Positions 61,714-64,000 of a DNA stretch of 64,000 nt are shown here, one piece after another. Each line of letters opens with the position of its first letter. The stretch's first letter is position 1. The notes under the pieces were generated by a model. The model saw nothing but the letters and a program-made list of their open reading frames with translations. It did not search any database and was not told where the DNA came from. This DNA comes from Candidatus Hodarchaeota archaeon (GTDB taxonomy: Archaea; Asgardarchaeota; Heimdallarchaeia; Hodarchaeales; Hodarchaeaceae). A program made the translations under genes and the position numbers. The stretch lies in contig JAEOTC010000038.1 in NCBI GenBank assembly GCA_016840035.1, forward strand, positions 1 through 64,000, written 5' to 3'.

Positions 61714-61821
61714 TAGCCCCGCTCAGATTCGAACTGAGGTCAGAGAGAATTTCCACATAGCTTATACCGAATAAACTGATGTCATAGAACTCTCTATGAT
61801 GGACCACTACACTACGGGGCT
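61714..61821 (-). tRNA. tRNA with Gln-type body and 35-nt BHB intron; predicted spliced anticodon CUA
   Basis: AGCCCCG/CGGGGCU acceptor, CUCAG-UUCGAAU-CUGAG T arm, GAGAG/CUCUC anticodon stem, canonical BHB. Confidence 0.85.
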
Positions 61822-61825
61822 GAAA

Positions 61826-62029
61826 TTAACGAATTGGGCTTGAAAAAGTCAGAATATCGTCAATAAGTTCCACGTGTGTTATTAACATCCTTCTGCAGCA
61901 GTATCGTTTCAATTCAAAAGAATCGAGTAACTCTGATGCTTCTTTACCTGCTTTCAAACCATCTAAAAAATCATCATAATACTGAGCAATAACTTTACCG
62001 CAGGTATAACATCGGATTGGAATCATCAT
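61826..62029 (-). CDS. rpoN: RNA polymerase subunit Rpo10 (N)
   Basis: IPIRCYTCGK, RYCCRRM. Confidence 0.97.
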   Translation of the reverse strand: MMIPIRCYTCGKVIAQYYDDFLDGLKAGKEASELLDSFELKRYCCRRMLITHVELIDDILTFSSPIR

Positions 62030-62045
62030 GGTTATTGATCACCCT

Positions 62046-62699
62046 TTAGAATCCATCATCACTCATGGGACGGCGGCCGCGTGGAGCTCTAAACAATTCT
62101 ACTCGCATTTGAGCATCTTTCTCGGGTGTTAATTCTCCACGTTCACGGAGTATCTCCTTAGTTAATAACCAAAAGATCATTGCTAATGAATTGCGTCCTT
62201 TGTTGTTGCATGGAATTGCTAGATCGATATTCTTTATTGTATTATCAGTATCGACCAACGATATCACTGGTATTCCCATTCGATATGCTTCTTTAAGCGC
62301 TTGATGATCAAAATGAGGATCAGTGATCAAAATGCTTGTTGGTTCAACGAAATTATAGCGTCCTTTAATATTTGGATTTGTAAAAATTCCTGGAATGAAT
62401 CTTCCAGTAATCGGAACGGCACCGGTCACTTTGCAGAACATTTCTACAGGATAAATTCCGTACGCTCTAACGCTGCATGCTGCTACTCGTGACATATCTT
62501 GACGAGCAAGGAATTTTGCTGCTGTACGGATTCGATCATCAGTTTTATGGACATCTAATACATATAGACCATCACTTCGTGTCCGATAAATTGCCCAATC
62601 CATGCTTTTCATTCCGCTGGAGGTTCCTATATGGACACCAGCCTTCAGATAATCTTCTAGAGGGGTGAGCAACTCTTCTTCTTGTGTAGGGGTTGTCAT
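62046..62699 (-). CDS. rps2: 30S ribosomal protein uS2
   Basis: AGVHIG, GRFIPG.FTN, TDP..DHQA, DTDN, PCNNKG. Confidence 0.97.
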   Translation of the reverse strand: MTTPTQEEELLTPLEDYLKAGVHIGTSSGMKSMDWAIYRTRSDGLYVLDVHKTDDRIRTAAKFLARQDMSRVAACSVRAYGIYPVEMFCKVTGAVPITGRFIPGIFTNPNIKGRYNFVEPTSILITDPHFDHQALKEAYRMGIPVISLVDTDNTIKNIDLAIPCNNKGRNSLAMIFWLLTKEILRERGELTPEKDAQMRVELFRAPRGRRPMSDDGF

Positions 62700-62806
62700 T
62701 TGAAGAAATTCCTTATTTTATCAATCCTTTCTGCGTTTAAGTGACAGTTACCCTAGTAAAAAACGATGTTAAGAAGTTTTGTAGATGTCTTTTTGAGGTG
62801 GAACTA

Positions 62807-63598
62807 TCAAGAAAAGAAATTGAATTCAATCGTTTTTTGCTCTGAATCAGCCCAAGAGGCTTTCTTTGACTTCACCATTAATTTCATTATTATTTGTAAA
62901 TCCTTAGGGGGTAGTGATGACCAAGTTTGGTTCATTTTGACCATGTCGTATAGAGTTACCATCTCAAATCCATTTTGGAAGCTGTAATTAAATATTTCTT
63001 CTGCAAAAGAATTTAGGGTCTTCCAATATACTCGAAGGCGCGTTTCGTCTGTGTCCCACCATGTGGCTTTTTCCTGTTCAATCAAATATTCGGAAATGGC
63101 TTTGAGTTGCGGGATCGAGAGTTTTTTATGGAGAATTCCATTTTGAAAGGGATAGACCAAACTAATTTCTTGAAGGTCAAGAATATGCTGATTCAAAACT
63201 CTTGCGAATGCAAGTAAAAAGTCTCCCCATGTGATTAGCCATTGTTGTTTTAACTCTGGATCTTCTGGGATCATCCAACGCCAAGGTTTCGATACCCAGC
63301 CTGGTAATATTGGCTTAACATTTGGATGAACAGTTCCAGGTTTTAACTCTGAGATGGATATTCTCTCTACTGGCTTGGTTACCACTTTTTCGACTGTTAA
63401 TGTTCTAGATGGAACTTGAATTTGTGGTAAAGTATGGGTTATTGTTTCTTTCTCAAACTTTGGTGTTTCAACCTTAGATGGGGCGGAAGAATCCGTAGTT
63501 ACATCTTGAAGGACTTCTTCAAGGACATCAATATTACTTTTTTTCTTCTCGACCTTTTCCTTCTTTCGTTGTAATTCTGCCATCCAAGAACAACTCAA
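62807..63598 (-). CDS. ESCRT-II Vps25-like protein with N-terminal extension
   Basis: WGDFLL, PFQNG..KKL, ATWWD..VYWK..FAEEI, VTLYDM winged-helix pattern. Confidence 0.8.
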   Translation of the reverse strand: MSCSWMAELQRKKEKVEKKKSNIDVLEEVLQDVTTDSSAPSKVETPKFEKETITHTLPQIQVPSRTLTVEKVVTKPVERISISELKPGTVHPNVKPILPGWVSKPWRWMIPEDPELKQQWLITWGDFLLAFARVLNQHILDLQEISLVYPFQNGILHKKLSIPQLKAISEYLIEQEKATWWDTDETRLRVYWKTLNSFAEEIFNYSFQNGFEMVTLYDMVKMNQTWSSLPPKDLQIIMKLMVKSKKASWADSEQKTIEFNFFS

Positions 63599-63625
63599 AA
63601 TCCGATAAATGTAGAAGGACTCTCT

Positions 63626-64000
63626 TTATCCACCAAATTTATCTCGCCAATCATCATATCGTGCAAGTTCACTAGGAGCTACAGAAGGCCGAATATGTAT
63701 CATTGCATTATGAAAGTCTGTTGCTGTTGGAGCTCGTACTTGAACACTCATGTCTGTTAGTGCTCCCTCTGCATCTAATTCTCTAATTGGCTGCATTAAC
63801 GATTCACGACATAATAGTGCAATATCTGCCGCAGTATATCCTCCAGTGATTTCAGCTAATGCTCTGAAATCCACATCCGTATCTACTGGTACTCCTTTGG
63901 TATGGATTGAAAACATCACTTCCCTAGCCTCCTTGGTTGGAAGTGTCACATAAACACGCCGCTCAAATCTTCTTCGCATTGCAGCATCAATATCCCAAGG
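63626..64000 (-). CDS. Vps4/CdvC-like AAA ATPase, C-terminal part
   Basis: PWDIDAAMRRRFERRVYVTLP, MQPIRE, RPSV..YDDW..KFG; adjacent to Vps25. Confidence 0.85.
   Translation of the reverse strand, partial: PWDIDAAMRRRFERRVYVTLPTKEAREVMFSIHTKGVPVDTDVDFRALAEITGGYTAADIALLCRESLMQPIRELDAEGALTDMSVQVRAPTATDFHNAMIHIRPSVAPSELARYDDWRDKFGG

Noticed and set aside
61714-61821. Reading as tRNA-Pyl or tRNA-Arg(UCU)
   Set aside because: The body has standard Gln features. The UCU register needs G32 and breaks the D stem. No pyl genes are in the window.

Overview
Archaeal chromosome segment, very likely Asgard (Heimdallarchaeia/Hodarchaeales-like, inferred from egsA, aCPSF1, tfb, rpo10 and rps2 together with ESCRT Vps4/Vps25 and longin/gelsolin-like proteins). 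Bases 1-31 kb and 55-64 kb are mostly housekeeping and eukaryotic-signature genes. Bases ~31.3-54 kb are an accessory region ending at tfb. Main discovery: five co-oriented, mostly synonymously diverged copies of the tfb 3' end plus its terminator (39.2, 40.3, 41.1, 42.9, 47.0 kb). They divide the region into integrase-free gene cassettes of 0.8-6.9 kb. The tfb-proximal cassette carries a Rad3/XPD helicase and a RecA-like ATPase, transcribed divergently from a ~0.85 kb hairpin-dense candidate ncRNA and a freestanding LAGLIDADG endonuclease. This is a candidate endonuclease-driven gene-capture system anchored at tfb. Other notable items: an intron-containing tRNA with a Gln body whose predicted spliced anticodon is CUA, a SAM-methyltransferase-HgcA-like fusion beside an HgcB-like ferredoxin, and an RNase III-like gene. 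All calls come from motif recognition and manual alignment; no searches were run.
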